From Planctomycetota bacterium (GTDB lineage Bacteria > Planctomycetota > Phycisphaerae > Sedimentisphaerales > Anaerohalosphaeraceae), in assembly GCA_030637065.1 (NCBI GenBank), contig DAOVVQ010000001.1:1-37005 (forward strand): a stretch of 37,005 bases of DNA, written 5' to 3'. Below, piece by piece: positions 8,472 through 16,389 of this stretch. The position numbers and the translations under genes were made by a program. The notes below the pieces were generated by a model, which was not told the origin of the DNA, ran no database searches, and worked only from the letters and a program-made list of their open reading frames with translations. The stretch's first letter is position 1, and every line of letters starts with the position of its first letter.

Positions 8472-10229
8472 ATGCAGGAAATTAAGGAAAAAGAGGGCGG
8501 TTCCTCGCGGCTTTTCTTCGGGGAATGGTTGGTTAAGCGGGGTCAGTTGACCCACCGCAAGCTGTGCGAGGCGCTGAGCGAACAAAATCAGCATGGCGGG
8601 CGACTTGGAGAGGTTCTCCAGAGGCTCCAGATGCTTGACAGCGATTCTGTCAGTCGCTCGCTGGCCGAATATCTTGGCATGGACTACATGCAGTTGGACA
8701 GTTCATTCGAGATCGATATGGACGTTGCCAAGAGAATCCCGGAAAAAATATCCAAGCGTTTTTGTCTTGTTGGAGTGGGTGACAAAGAAGGCTACATAGT
8801 TGTCGCGATGTCCGACCCCCTCAACATCGTCGCCAAGGACACTGTCGCACTGAAGATCAAACAGCCGGTAAAGGTGGTAGTCAGCCCCGCTCAAAATATC
8901 AGGAATGCCATAGATGCGGTTTACCATGGCTCTCACATAGCCGAGCAGCAGCTTCGCGATCTCGTTGAACTTGAACTCAAAAGCGGAGAGGAGATTATCC
9001 GCGAGGAAGACATCATCGAGGCCGACATCACCAGCGAAGAAGCGGCGGCAACCAAGGCCCCTGTGATACGGTTTGTCGATCTGCTGCTCAGTCAGGCGGT
9101 CAAGAGAAAGGCCAGCGATATCCACCTCGAACCGCAGGAAAAAGCAATGATCGTGCGCATGCGAATCGACGGCGTTCTGCGAGAGACGGTTCCGCCGCCC
9201 CGCAGCATGGATGTAGCCGTCATAACACGAGTGAAAATCCTGGCGGGCATGAATATCGCCGAGCGGCGACTGCCTCAGGACGGCAGGTTCAAGATCAAGG
9301 CGCCGGGCCGCGATATCGATGTTCGTGTAAGTGCACTGCCGACCATATACGGCGAAAAAGTCGTAATGAGAATATTGGACAAGAAGGCGGTAAGCCATGA
9401 ACTCGACAAACTCGGTTTTACCCAGGACTTCCTGAAAGACTTCATACGCGTATTGAGCCAGCCTTATGGAATTCTTATTGTCACCGGACCTACCGGGTGC
9501 GGCAAGACCACGACGCTGTATGCCGCCCTGAATCACTTGATCGATCCGCGAAAGAATATCACTACGGTCGAGGATCCGGTCGAATACAGGCTAAGAGGCA
9601 TCAATCAGGTCCAGATCAGGCCTGAAATAGATCTGGGATTCGCGTCATGTCTGCGAACCATCCTGCGGCAGGACCCCGATATTATTCTGATCGGTGAGAT
9701 TCGCGATAAAGAGACCGTCGAGATAGCCATACAGGCCTCGCTTACCGGCCATTTGGTCCTGAGCACCTTCCATACCAACGACGCGGCTGGGTCGATAAGC
9801 AGGTTGACATATATGGGGATCGAGCCGTTCCTGCTTGTCTCGACATTGAATATGATCGTTGCCCAGAGACTGGTCAGAAAGATATGTACCAGTTGCAAGG
9901 AACCGACCGAGGTAAGCGAGGAGGATATTGCCAGACTTCGCATGGATCCGTATGAGGCCGGTCGCCACACTTTCTATCATGGAGTCGGGTGTGCCGCTTG
10001 TGATGGAACCGGATATTTGGGCCGGCTTCCCATATTTGAACTCTTGCACATGAACGATGAGATGCGTCAATTGATAACCTCATCAGCCGATGAGGCCCAG
10101 ATTCGCCAGCGGGCTTATGAGGCGGGCGGCGGGAATCTGGTCGAAAGCGGGGTAAAGTTGATAATGGAAGGGATCACCACCGCTGATGAGGTCCTGGATG
10201 CGACATTTACGAGAGGCATGGACCTTTAG
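8472..10229 (+). CDS. gspE: Type II secretion / type IV pilus assembly ATPase (GspE/PilB family) with N-terminal T2SSE_N (MshEN-like) domain
   Basis: 585 aa. Walker A GPTGCGKTT, Walker B/Asp box DPDIILIGEIRD, His box HLVLSTFHTNDA, tetracysteine CTSC...CAAC. N-terminal helices FFGEWLVKRGQLTHRKLCEALSEQ and RLGEVLQRLQML... are typical of the GspE/PilB N-domain. Confidence 0.95.
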   Translation: MQEIKEKEGGSSRLFFGEWLVKRGQLTHRKLCEALSEQNQHGGRLGEVLQRLQMLDSDSVSRSLAEYLGMDYMQLDSSFEIDMDVAKRIPEKISKRFCLVGVGDKEGYIVVAMSDPLNIVAKDTVALKIKQPVKVVVSPAQNIRNAIDAVYHGSHIAEQQLRDLVELELKSGEEIIREEDIIEADITSEEAAATKAPVIRFVDLLLSQAVKRKASDIHLEPQEKAMIVRMRIDGVLRETVPPPRSMDVAVITRVKILAGMNIAERRLPQDGRFKIKAPGRDIDVRVSALPTIYGEKVVMRILDKKAVSHELDKLGFTQDFLKDFIRVLSQPYGILIVTGPTGCGKTTTLYAALNHLIDPRKNITTVEDPVEYRLRGINQVQIRPEIDLGFASCLRTILRQDPDIILIGEIRDKETVEIAIQASLTGHLVLSTFHTNDAAGSISRLTYMGIEPFLLVSTLNMIVAQRLVRKICTSCKEPTEVSEEDIARLRMDPYEAGRHTFYHGVGCAACDGTGYLGRLPIFELLHMNDEMRQLITSSADEAQIRQRAYEAGGGNLVESGVKLIMEGITTADEVLDATFTRGMDL

Positions 10230-10619
10230 AAAGCCACAAAAATTACCGCTGACTGACGAGCAATCAGTTGTTTCCGGGCCGGTTTATCCGTTATTTGGCA
10301 GTGTCGCTCATTGAGGATGAAAATTCACACATTCAGCCGCCCATACTGCCATAACACGGGATTTTGAGGTAGCCATTTGGAGCACGGAGGCTGCATGGCA
10401 ACCATCACATCAAATCATCACGAGGCATCCTATCCGCATTGTCCGTAAATCCTGCCTCTAATGGGATATACCCCCGCTTTGGTGTAAGCTAAGTGTGCAT
10501 TTAGTACGAAAAAACGGCGGCACGATCAGGGTTTGACCCGATAAAAGAGTATTAGGCGAGGCTCAAAGTCGCATTGTGAAAGTTTTTCTAAAAGTTGGCA
10601 GGAATTTCCAAAAAATATA

Positions 10620-10648
10620 TTGACTTTTTTGGCCGTAGAGGATAAAAT
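10620..10648 (+). promoter_or_regulatory. Sigma70-like promoter inside the 565-nt gspE-gspF spacer
   Basis: TTGACT (10620-10625), a 17-nt spacer, then TAAAAT (10643-10648). This would give a ~140-nt G-rich leader before the ATG at 10795. Confidence 0.45.
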
Positions 10649-10794
10649 GCGACTGTATATTAAAGGTTAAGAGGGAGCCTGTCTGACTATTCGGAGGAGG
10701 GCAGGTGCCTGTGGCAAGCCAAGGGTGGGGTGGCAAAGTGAAGCCGCCGGGTCTCCGTTGCAGGCGAGAAAATTGGCCTTGTAAAGGTGCCGTG

Positions 10795-12000
10795 ATGGAA
10801 AGTTTTGCATACATAGCCCAGGATATTAATGGGCGCCGCAAGAGTGGACGCAGGCGTGCAGTTTCTGAGCATGAAATTGTTGCCTGGCTTAACGAGCGCG
10901 GTCTGATTCCCGTTACCATTGAAAATGCCGATGCCGAATCGGGCAAATCGCCGACTCTTGGGCAAAAGCGCCCTAAGTATGCCGACATGGCATCCTTCTG
11001 CTGGCAGTTGGCTACGATGGTCGAAGGCGGAGTATTGATCACCGAGGCGATATCTACAGTTGCCGAAGATGTTGACGATTCTTCCTTCCGGGAAACGCTC
11101 ATGGATATTTCCGAGCATATTCAAAAGGGTGAATCCTTTTCCAGAAGTGCTTCGAGGTACCCCAAGGTTTTCGACAGGCTTTCCTGCTCCATGCTGCTGG
11201 CGGGCGAAACCAGTGGTTCTATGCAAACGATCCTGCACCGTATGGCGGATTTCTTTTCCAGCCGCGACCAGTTTGTCAAGAAGCTGCAAACAGCCCTTGC
11301 CTATCCGATCTTTGTCGTTGTATTCGTGTTTGGAATCCTTGTGATCATGATGACTCTGATCATTCCAAGGTTTCGGTCGATATTCGATCAGATGGGTGGC
11401 GAGTTGCCTGCTTTTACGCGGGCGTTCCTGAGTGTTTATGATCATATAGCCGCCAATAGCGGTTATGCCGCCGTTTTCATGGTCTTCGTCATGTTTATGT
11501 TGTACATATACAGCAAGTCCAGTGAGGGCTATGCGCGGATATGCAGGGTGACTCTTGATTTGCCGTTGTTCGGTCGGCTGATCAGACAGGCCTTCCTCTC
11601 CACTTTCTGCAAGACAATGGCCACCCTTCTTGCCGCGGGAGTTTCAATTATCGAATCATTCGATATACTTTCCGAGATGACAAACAATTACATACTGAAA
11701 GATGCTGTCGTAAGCACCAAGAACCGCACGATCGAAGGGCTAAGCGTATCCAGAGCCATGGCGATGAACGACGTCTTCCCGAACATGGTTGCCAAGATGG
11801 TTCAGGTCGGAGAAAAAAGCGGTTCGCTGCCAAAGGTTCTCAACCGCGCCAGCTCTTATTATGAAAGCAAGATGGATACCACCGTGGCGACACTCTTGAG
11901 CCTTCTCGGCCCTGTGGTGATCGTAGTGGTCGGTGCGATCGTATTGGTAGTGGTAATAGCGTTGTATCTGCCGATCTTCGCTATGTCGGATATTCATTAA
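10795..12000 (+). CDS. gspF: Type II secretion / type IV pilus inner-membrane platform protein (GspF/PilC family)
   Basis: Track ORF 10705..12000. The ATG at 10795 (AAGGTG 5 nt upstream) gives MESFAYIAQDINGRRKSG..., 401 aa. It shows the duplicated GspF-type domain architecture, three hydrophobic spans (PIFVVVFVFGILVIMMTLIIP, AAVFMVFVMFMLYIY, LLGPVVIVVVGAIVLVVVIALYLPIF) and the family-typical C-terminus ..LYLPIFAMSD. Confidence 0.9.
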   Translation: MESFAYIAQDINGRRKSGRRRAVSEHEIVAWLNERGLIPVTIENADAESGKSPTLGQKRPKYADMASFCWQLATMVEGGVLITEAISTVAEDVDDSSFRETLMDISEHIQKGESFSRSASRYPKVFDRLSCSMLLAGETSGSMQTILHRMADFFSSRDQFVKKLQTALAYPIFVVVFVFGILVIMMTLIIPRFRSIFDQMGGELPAFTRAFLSVYDHIAANSGYAAVFMVFVMFMLYIYSKSSEGYARICRVTLDLPLFGRLIRQAFLSTFCKTMATLLAAGVSIIESFDILSEMTNNYILKDAVVSTKNRTIEGLSVSRAMAMNDVFPNMVAKMVQVGEKSGSLPKVLNRASSYYESKMDTTVATLLSLLGPVVIVVVGAIVLVVVIALYLPIFAMSDIH

Positions 12001-12052
12001 AAACTTTAAGTGAGGAATTTTTGATAAGGGCATTTAGCCGGAGAAAGGCAAT

Positions 12053-12068
12053 TGGCAAAAGAAAAGCA
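12053..12068 (+). promoter_or_regulatory. Possible sigma54 (-24/-12) promoter upstream of the first pilin gene
   Basis: TGGCAaaagaaaaGCA has GG and GC with the canonical spacing (TGGCAC-N5-TTGCW pattern; the TT of the -12 element is not conserved). It lies ~36 nt upstream of the ATG at 12104. Confidence 0.3.
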
Positions 12069-12103
12069 ATAGTGCTTTGTAGTTGATGCGGTGGGGATTT
12101 GTT

Positions 12104-12511
12104 ATGCAAAAACGAAAAGGTTATACTTTGGTTGAGTTGCTGGTTGTGGTGTCCATTGTGGTGATCCTGGCTGCCGTAATTATTCCGATACTGAAAGGAA
12201 GGATCGATGCGGCCAATTGGTCGGAAGGCAAAGCTCTTATGGGTTCTATAAGCCAGGCGATCCGGACCTATACGGCGGCCAGAAATGAAACTCTTTACAA
12301 TTTCGACGAGCTTAGTCAGGCGGCACTGGGCTTTTTGGACAGCGACCTGGATGGTGTCTATTTCGACAAGGATGATTTTTCCTGGACAGGTGATTATGAC
12401 GTGAGTGAAAATCGATTGACATATACGATCATAGCGATGGCGGGAGAGGGAATATCTACCCCGTCGAAGATGACGCTTGATCAGGACGGTACATGGCAGG
12501 AGTTTCCGTAG
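12104..12511 (+). CDS. Prepilin-type major (pseudo)pilin, paralog 1
   Basis: Class III signal MQKRKG|YTLVELLVVVSIVVILAAVIIP (Glu at +5). 135 aa. About half of the residues are identical to the next gene (RIDAA.WSEGKA.MG.I, LGFL..DL.G.YF..D.F.W.G.YD..EN.L..TI.A.AGE.I..P.K.TL). No Cys pair. Confidence 0.85.
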   Translation: MQKRKGYTLVELLVVVSIVVILAAVIIPILKGRIDAANWSEGKALMGSISQAIRTYTAARNETLYNFDELSQAALGFLDSDLDGVYFDKDDFSWTGDYDVSENRLTYTIIAMAGEGISTPSKMTLDQDGTWQEFP

Positions 12512-12563
12512 CCTGACAATTGACATGTGGAGAACCGGAGTAAACGAGAAAATCGGTGATATG

Positions 12564-12592
12564 GTGGCGTTATGTGGCGCCACAGATTTTTT
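12564..12592 (+). terminator. Hairpin + T-run between the two pilin paralogs (intrinsic terminator/attenuator)
   Basis: GTGGCG (12564-12569) pairs with CGCCAC (12578-12583) across an 8-nt loop. AGA and TTTTTT (12587-12592) follow. Confidence 0.45.
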
Positions 12593-12617
12593 ATAATTTT
12601 GTAGGAAGGAGTATGTT

Positions 12618-13028
12618 ATGAGAACAAGAAAAGGGTTTACATTGGTGGAGTTGATGGTGGTGATTCTTATCGTCGCCATCCTGGCTGCTGTCGCGATTCC
12701 GATCATGCGGGGTCGAATTGATGCAGCCAAGTGGTCCGAAGGCAAGGCGATTATGGGCACGATAGCCAGTGCGCTGCGTGCCTATATTGCAGAGAAGGGC
12801 CTCGATTATCCGAATTTCGATGCGATCGATCGCACCGCTCTGGGTTTTCTCAACGAGGACCTGTCCGGAACCTACTTTAATCAGGATAACTTTACTTGGG
12901 TAGGCAGTTATGATCGCACAGAGAATGACCTGGTCTTCACGATTACAGCTACGGCTGGCGAAAGCATTAAGTCGCCCACGAAAGTAACATTGGCCGAGAA
13001 CGGCGAATGGGTGGAAACAGCACTGTAA
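12618..13028 (+). CDS. Prepilin-type major (pseudo)pilin, paralog 2
   Basis: MRTRKG|FTLVELMVVILIVAILAAVAIP. 136 aa. Strong SD GGAAGGAG upstream. Paralogous to 12104..12511. Confidence 0.9.
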   Translation: MRTRKGFTLVELMVVILIVAILAAVAIPIMRGRIDAAKWSEGKAIMGTIASALRAYIAEKGLDYPNFDAIDRTALGFLNEDLSGTYFNQDNFTWVGSYDRTENDLVFTITATAGESIKSPTKVTLAENGEWVETAL

Positions 13029-13055
13029 GCAAGTGAGTTAAGTCAGTAAAGGGAC

Positions 13056-13104
13056 AGGGGCCCCCCTCGACATGAACGAGGGGGCCTCTGATCCCCTTTG
13101 TTTC
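13056..13104 (+). terminator. GC-rich hairpin downstream of the pilin pair (probable intrinsic terminator, weak T-run)
   Basis: GGCCCCCCTCG pairs with CGAGGGGGCC (about 10 bp with one bulged C, 7-nt loop ACATGAA). It is followed by ..CCCCTTTGTTT. Confidence 0.45.
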
Positions 13105-13126
13105 GGACGGAATTGTGGGGTGAGGG

Positions 13127-13582
13127 ATGATGAATTTGGCAGGCAGAGGCAGCAGGCAAGCGCGCGGCATGACGCTGGTTGAAGTGATCATAGCCTGTGT
13201 GGTTGTAGCAATTGGCGTTGTCGGGGGACTAAGCTACGGTTACCACGGCGCCGTGCAGACCCAGCGCGCAAGAGCCTATGCCAGTGCCGTTCGCGTAGGG
13301 TATTATCTGCTTGAGGACTGGAAGGCCAATGGGGGTTCTGAGTTGTACGCCAGCGCCGCCCCCATGGTTCCAAATCCGACAACATTGGAGATAGACGGCC
13401 AGCAGTTCTCTTATAATGACGATGGATATTTTAAAATTACCGTGGAAGATGTCGATATGCGGATAGAACTTATTCGACCTTTCGGATATCGGCAGTTTAT
13501 GGACTTGTCAGCAAGAGTTAAATGGCAGCGAGGGTCGGTTACGCTTTCTACGAATGGACGAGTGGACCAGGCCGGAGACTGA
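13127..13582 (+). CDS. Minor pseudopilin (prepilin-type N-terminus)
   Basis: MMNLAGRGSRQARG|MTLVEVIIACVVVAIGVVG (Glu +5). 151 aa. Located directly after the major pilins. Confidence 0.7.
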   Translation: MMNLAGRGSRQARGMTLVEVIIACVVVAIGVVGGLSYGYHGAVQTQRARAYASAVRVGYYLLEDWKANGGSELYASAAPMVPNPTTLEIDGQQFSYNDDGYFKITVEDVDMRIELIRPFGYRQFMDLSARVKWQRGSVTLSTNGRVDQAGD

Positions 13583-13584
13583 GC

Positions 13585-14235
13585 ATGAAGACGGGCAGGA
13601 ACAAGTTGATCGGCAGACGACGCGTCAGGAAGGGGATTACCCTGATCGAACTGGCTGTGACTTGTACCATATCCGTCATTCCGCTCACTGCCATCAGTGT
13701 AATGGTTGTCGGCGGTCAACGGGATTGGGAGCGGATGTACCAGAGAGCCAACCGGATAACGGAGATCGAGGGCCATGGCGCTACGGCTATCTTTGGTCAT
13801 ATCGGAAGAATATCGTACAGTGAATATTCTCAACTGTTATCTGTCGGCGACGAGGCTCCTGTGCTATCCATGGCACCGGGCGGAGGAATGCTCGAGTCAG
13901 GGCAGGTCGTTGTATTCAGGTTTTGGGACCAGGGAGCGGTATCCTTAGGTCATGGCGGACCGGGTAATGTCGGTTCTTCCAGACTTCCCAACCGTTATGC
14001 CCGATTCTACCACGATACGCAGGAAAAAACTTTAGTTGTCGAACTCGGTTTATATCCCGGCAGCCAGCGAGATATCGTACCGCAGATCCTTGCCGAGAAT
14101 GTTACTTCTGTTCGTTTTGATCGCACAGAAATAAACAACAGCAAGCAGGGTTGTATTAGAATGGAAATGACGCTTACGGACCCTTCGGATGGCAGGAAGT
14201 CCGTCGTAATGGCGACAACACTTTTGAGAAACTGA
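13585..14235 (+). CDS. Minor pseudopilin (prepilin-type N-terminus, GspJ/PilW-like by position)
   Basis: Track ORF 13522..14235. The ATG at 13585 lies 3 nt after the upstream stop and gives MKTGRNKLIGRRRVRKG|ITLIELAVTCTISVIPL. 216 aa. Confidence 0.7.
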   Translation: MKTGRNKLIGRRRVRKGITLIELAVTCTISVIPLTAISVMVVGGQRDWERMYQRANRITEIEGHGATAIFGHIGRISYSEYSQLLSVGDEAPVLSMAPGGGMLESGQVVVFRFWDQGAVSLGHGGPGNVGSSRLPNRYARFYHDTQEKTLVVELGLYPGSQRDIVPQILAENVTSVRFDRTEINNSKQGCIRMEMTLTDPSDGRKSVVMATTLLRN

Positions 14236-14296
14236 TTCCTGCTATGGGGGCAGGCTGGGGGGCCAGGTGTCTTGAGATCGATTTCAACGGGAGATT

Positions 14297-16228
14297 GTGG
14301 GTTTGAACCACAGAGATATAATTAAGTTGCGCCGTCGCAGGTCGCAGAAGGGCTTCATACTTATTATGGTCGTCGCCGCGGTCCTTATACTGGCGATCAT
14401 CGGCCTCGGTCTGCTGAAAATATCTTACGGTGCGCGCCTCCGGGCGGTTCGCATTCAAAATGTCGCATCGGCAAAACTGGCCGCCGAAGCCGGGTACGAA
14501 AAGGCGATACACTGGATGAGTGAGCAGGAAGATCTCCTCGGTACGATGGCTCCTCTGCCGGGAAGGAACGACAGGGGTTCAAGTGCAGTCAAGGCGATAA
14601 GCGTTGAAGACGGAATTAGCTTTGCGAGCAGTAATGCCAATTATGCGATTAGTTTTGAGGATTTCAGCGACAGCCAGGCCATGTACAAGATTATTTCAAG
14701 AGGGCATTGTGGCCGGGAGGGGCATTGGGTTATCGAGGCCCTTGTAACACAGGCTGTGACAGGATGGGACATAGGCCGCACCAGGGTTCCCGCCGGATCG
14801 CACATGCTCAATGAGATACCTGCCTTCTTTATGAAAGACGATATCATTGAGATGCCTTTACATATTAATTGTCACGGTTGGCCGGTTGATTACATTTGGC
14901 CTGAAGATGGCGACGCGGATATCCGTCTCCTGGGAAAAACTGCACTGACGCATCGTGTTTCTATGGGAGAGTCCCGCTACAGAAGCTGGGGACGGGATAA
15001 GGACAAGTATGCCAGAATAATAGGGCGATTTAAAGGGGGTATCTTTTTTGACCAGCCTAACAGCAAGATAAGCGGTCCTGCCAGCCGTAGCAGTATTGAA
15101 AAAAGGGTACAGAGATTCGAACACGATACGAAAAGTGCCTTCAATTTTTCGAAAAGGACCGGCAATCAACCGAGAATCAGCCCTGTGATCCCAGCTGTTG
15201 ACGAACGTGTCAACGTGCCAGCCGTACAGTTGGAGTTCTACCTCAAATCCAACACCGGTATGGTCAGAGTTACCAATAACTGTACCGTTACCACCCTTCC
15301 CGGAGGCAAGTTTGACTACGTTCGTGACTTTGACAGCAGTTCTCATGCATACAAACCATCACTTGTCTATGGTTATCATTACGCCAGAAGCTATAACCGG
15401 TCGGTAACTTATGACGGTCCGATCGCGGGAAGCTACGTAAGCCAGAAGATAACTTTGCCTTCGGGTAAAGTGGCGGAAACTGAAAAGGGAGGGCATATCT
15501 TTGTCGATGGCAATGTAATTGTTGGCGGTGCGGTCCAAAGCATCGGTGATCAATGGCAAATTAACATTAAGCTCGTCCCAGGCTTTACAAAGTGGTATCC
15601 AAGCAAACTAAAAGGGCGACTTACGGTTGTCGCGACGGGAAACATCTGGGTTGTAAGCCCCCTGGAATACGACGGACCGCAGTTTAGCGAAACTGCCAGC
15701 GATGGAAATCTTGTTAAGAGAGCCCCTCTTTCGGATAATGACAATGTTTTGCACCTGTTTTCTCAGCATGGCACGGTAAAGATAATTGATCCTCGCCTAA
15801 GCCGGTATCTCCCGAGGCAATCGTATCAGCCTATCAAATATACGGATCAGGAAGGCGCTCAACTGGAATATCAGCCGGTTGCCGCCAAAGGTTTCGGCGG
15901 CTCTTACTTCTATCGCATCCTTCCGTCGTCAATGGTGGTCCAGGCGGCGATAACATGTGGCGGTGGCAGTTGGGGAATGGAGAATTTAGGTTCAAGTTCA
16001 AGAAGATTCGACAAAGAGGCGACTTTGATTCTCGCAGGGGCGATAGTGGAGCCTGTGCAGGGAGCAGTGCTACATGGAGCCGGGGGATATAAAAGGAACT
16101 ACTATTTTGATGAAAGATTTTTAAACGGCATTTTGTCGTGTAATATGGGATTGCAGAGCAAATATATTGTTGCTCCCGGGGGATGGAGTGATCGGGATTA
16201 TCAGGAATATGCCTTGTTAAGTGAGTAA
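14297..16228 (+). CDS. Very large PilX/GspK-like minor pilin (no Glu+5) with ~580-aa C-terminal domain
   Basis: N-terminus ..RRRSQKG|FILIMVVAAVLILAIIGLGLLKISYGARLRAV....AKLAAEAGYEKAIHW matches the PilX_N/GspK pattern (hydrophobic helix without Glu5, then AAEAG). 643 aa. The start is GTG 14297 or TTG 14303 (GGGAG upstream). Confidence 0.65.
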   Translation: MGLNHRDIIKLRRRRSQKGFILIMVVAAVLILAIIGLGLLKISYGARLRAVRIQNVASAKLAAEAGYEKAIHWMSEQEDLLGTMAPLPGRNDRGSSAVKAISVEDGISFASSNANYAISFEDFSDSQAMYKIISRGHCGREGHWVIEALVTQAVTGWDIGRTRVPAGSHMLNEIPAFFMKDDIIEMPLHINCHGWPVDYIWPEDGDADIRLLGKTALTHRVSMGESRYRSWGRDKDKYARIIGRFKGGIFFDQPNSKISGPASRSSIEKRVQRFEHDTKSAFNFSKRTGNQPRISPVIPAVDERVNVPAVQLEFYLKSNTGMVRVTNNCTVTTLPGGKFDYVRDFDSSSHAYKPSLVYGYHYARSYNRSVTYDGPIAGSYVSQKITLPSGKVAETEKGGHIFVDGNVIVGGAVQSIGDQWQINIKLVPGFTKWYPSKLKGRLTVVATGNIWVVSPLEYDGPQFSETASDGNLVKRAPLSDNDNVLHLFSQHGTVKIIDPRLSRYLPRQSYQPIKYTDQEGAQLEYQPVAAKGFGGSYFYRILPSSMVVQAAITCGGGSWGMENLGSSSRRFDKEATLILAGAIVEPVQGAVLHGAGGYKRNYYFDERFLNGILSCNMGLQSKYIVAPGGWSDRDYQEYALLSE

Positions 16229-16389
16229 GCAGGCTTAAATTATTCGATAATAACTGGTGAACCTGTGAACTGACCGTTCTAAAGAACCGAATATATGATA
16301 TGCTCTACACTAAGGTTACGTTTATACGACATGAGAGATGTAAATTTATTGTTTGTTGTCGAAGACTAAATTTTTGAGGGAGTCAGGAC

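Noticed and set aside
8703-9536. 277-aa minus-strand ORF opposite the GspE/PilB gene. Similar cases: 9605..10070(-).
   Set aside because: It lies opposite a CDS with unambiguous Walker and His-box motifs, so it is a shadow ORF.
10563-11445. Minus-strand ORFs of 179 and 252 aa across the gspE-gspF spacer and the gspF 5' end.
   Set aside because: They are antisense to gspF and have no recognisable motifs. The spacer part is better explained as promoter and leader on the plus strand.
11981-12760. 259-aa minus-strand ORF spanning both major pilin genes.
   Set aside because: It crosses two well-supported plus-strand genes and their intergenic terminator. Its translation is low-complexity, so it is a shadow ORF.
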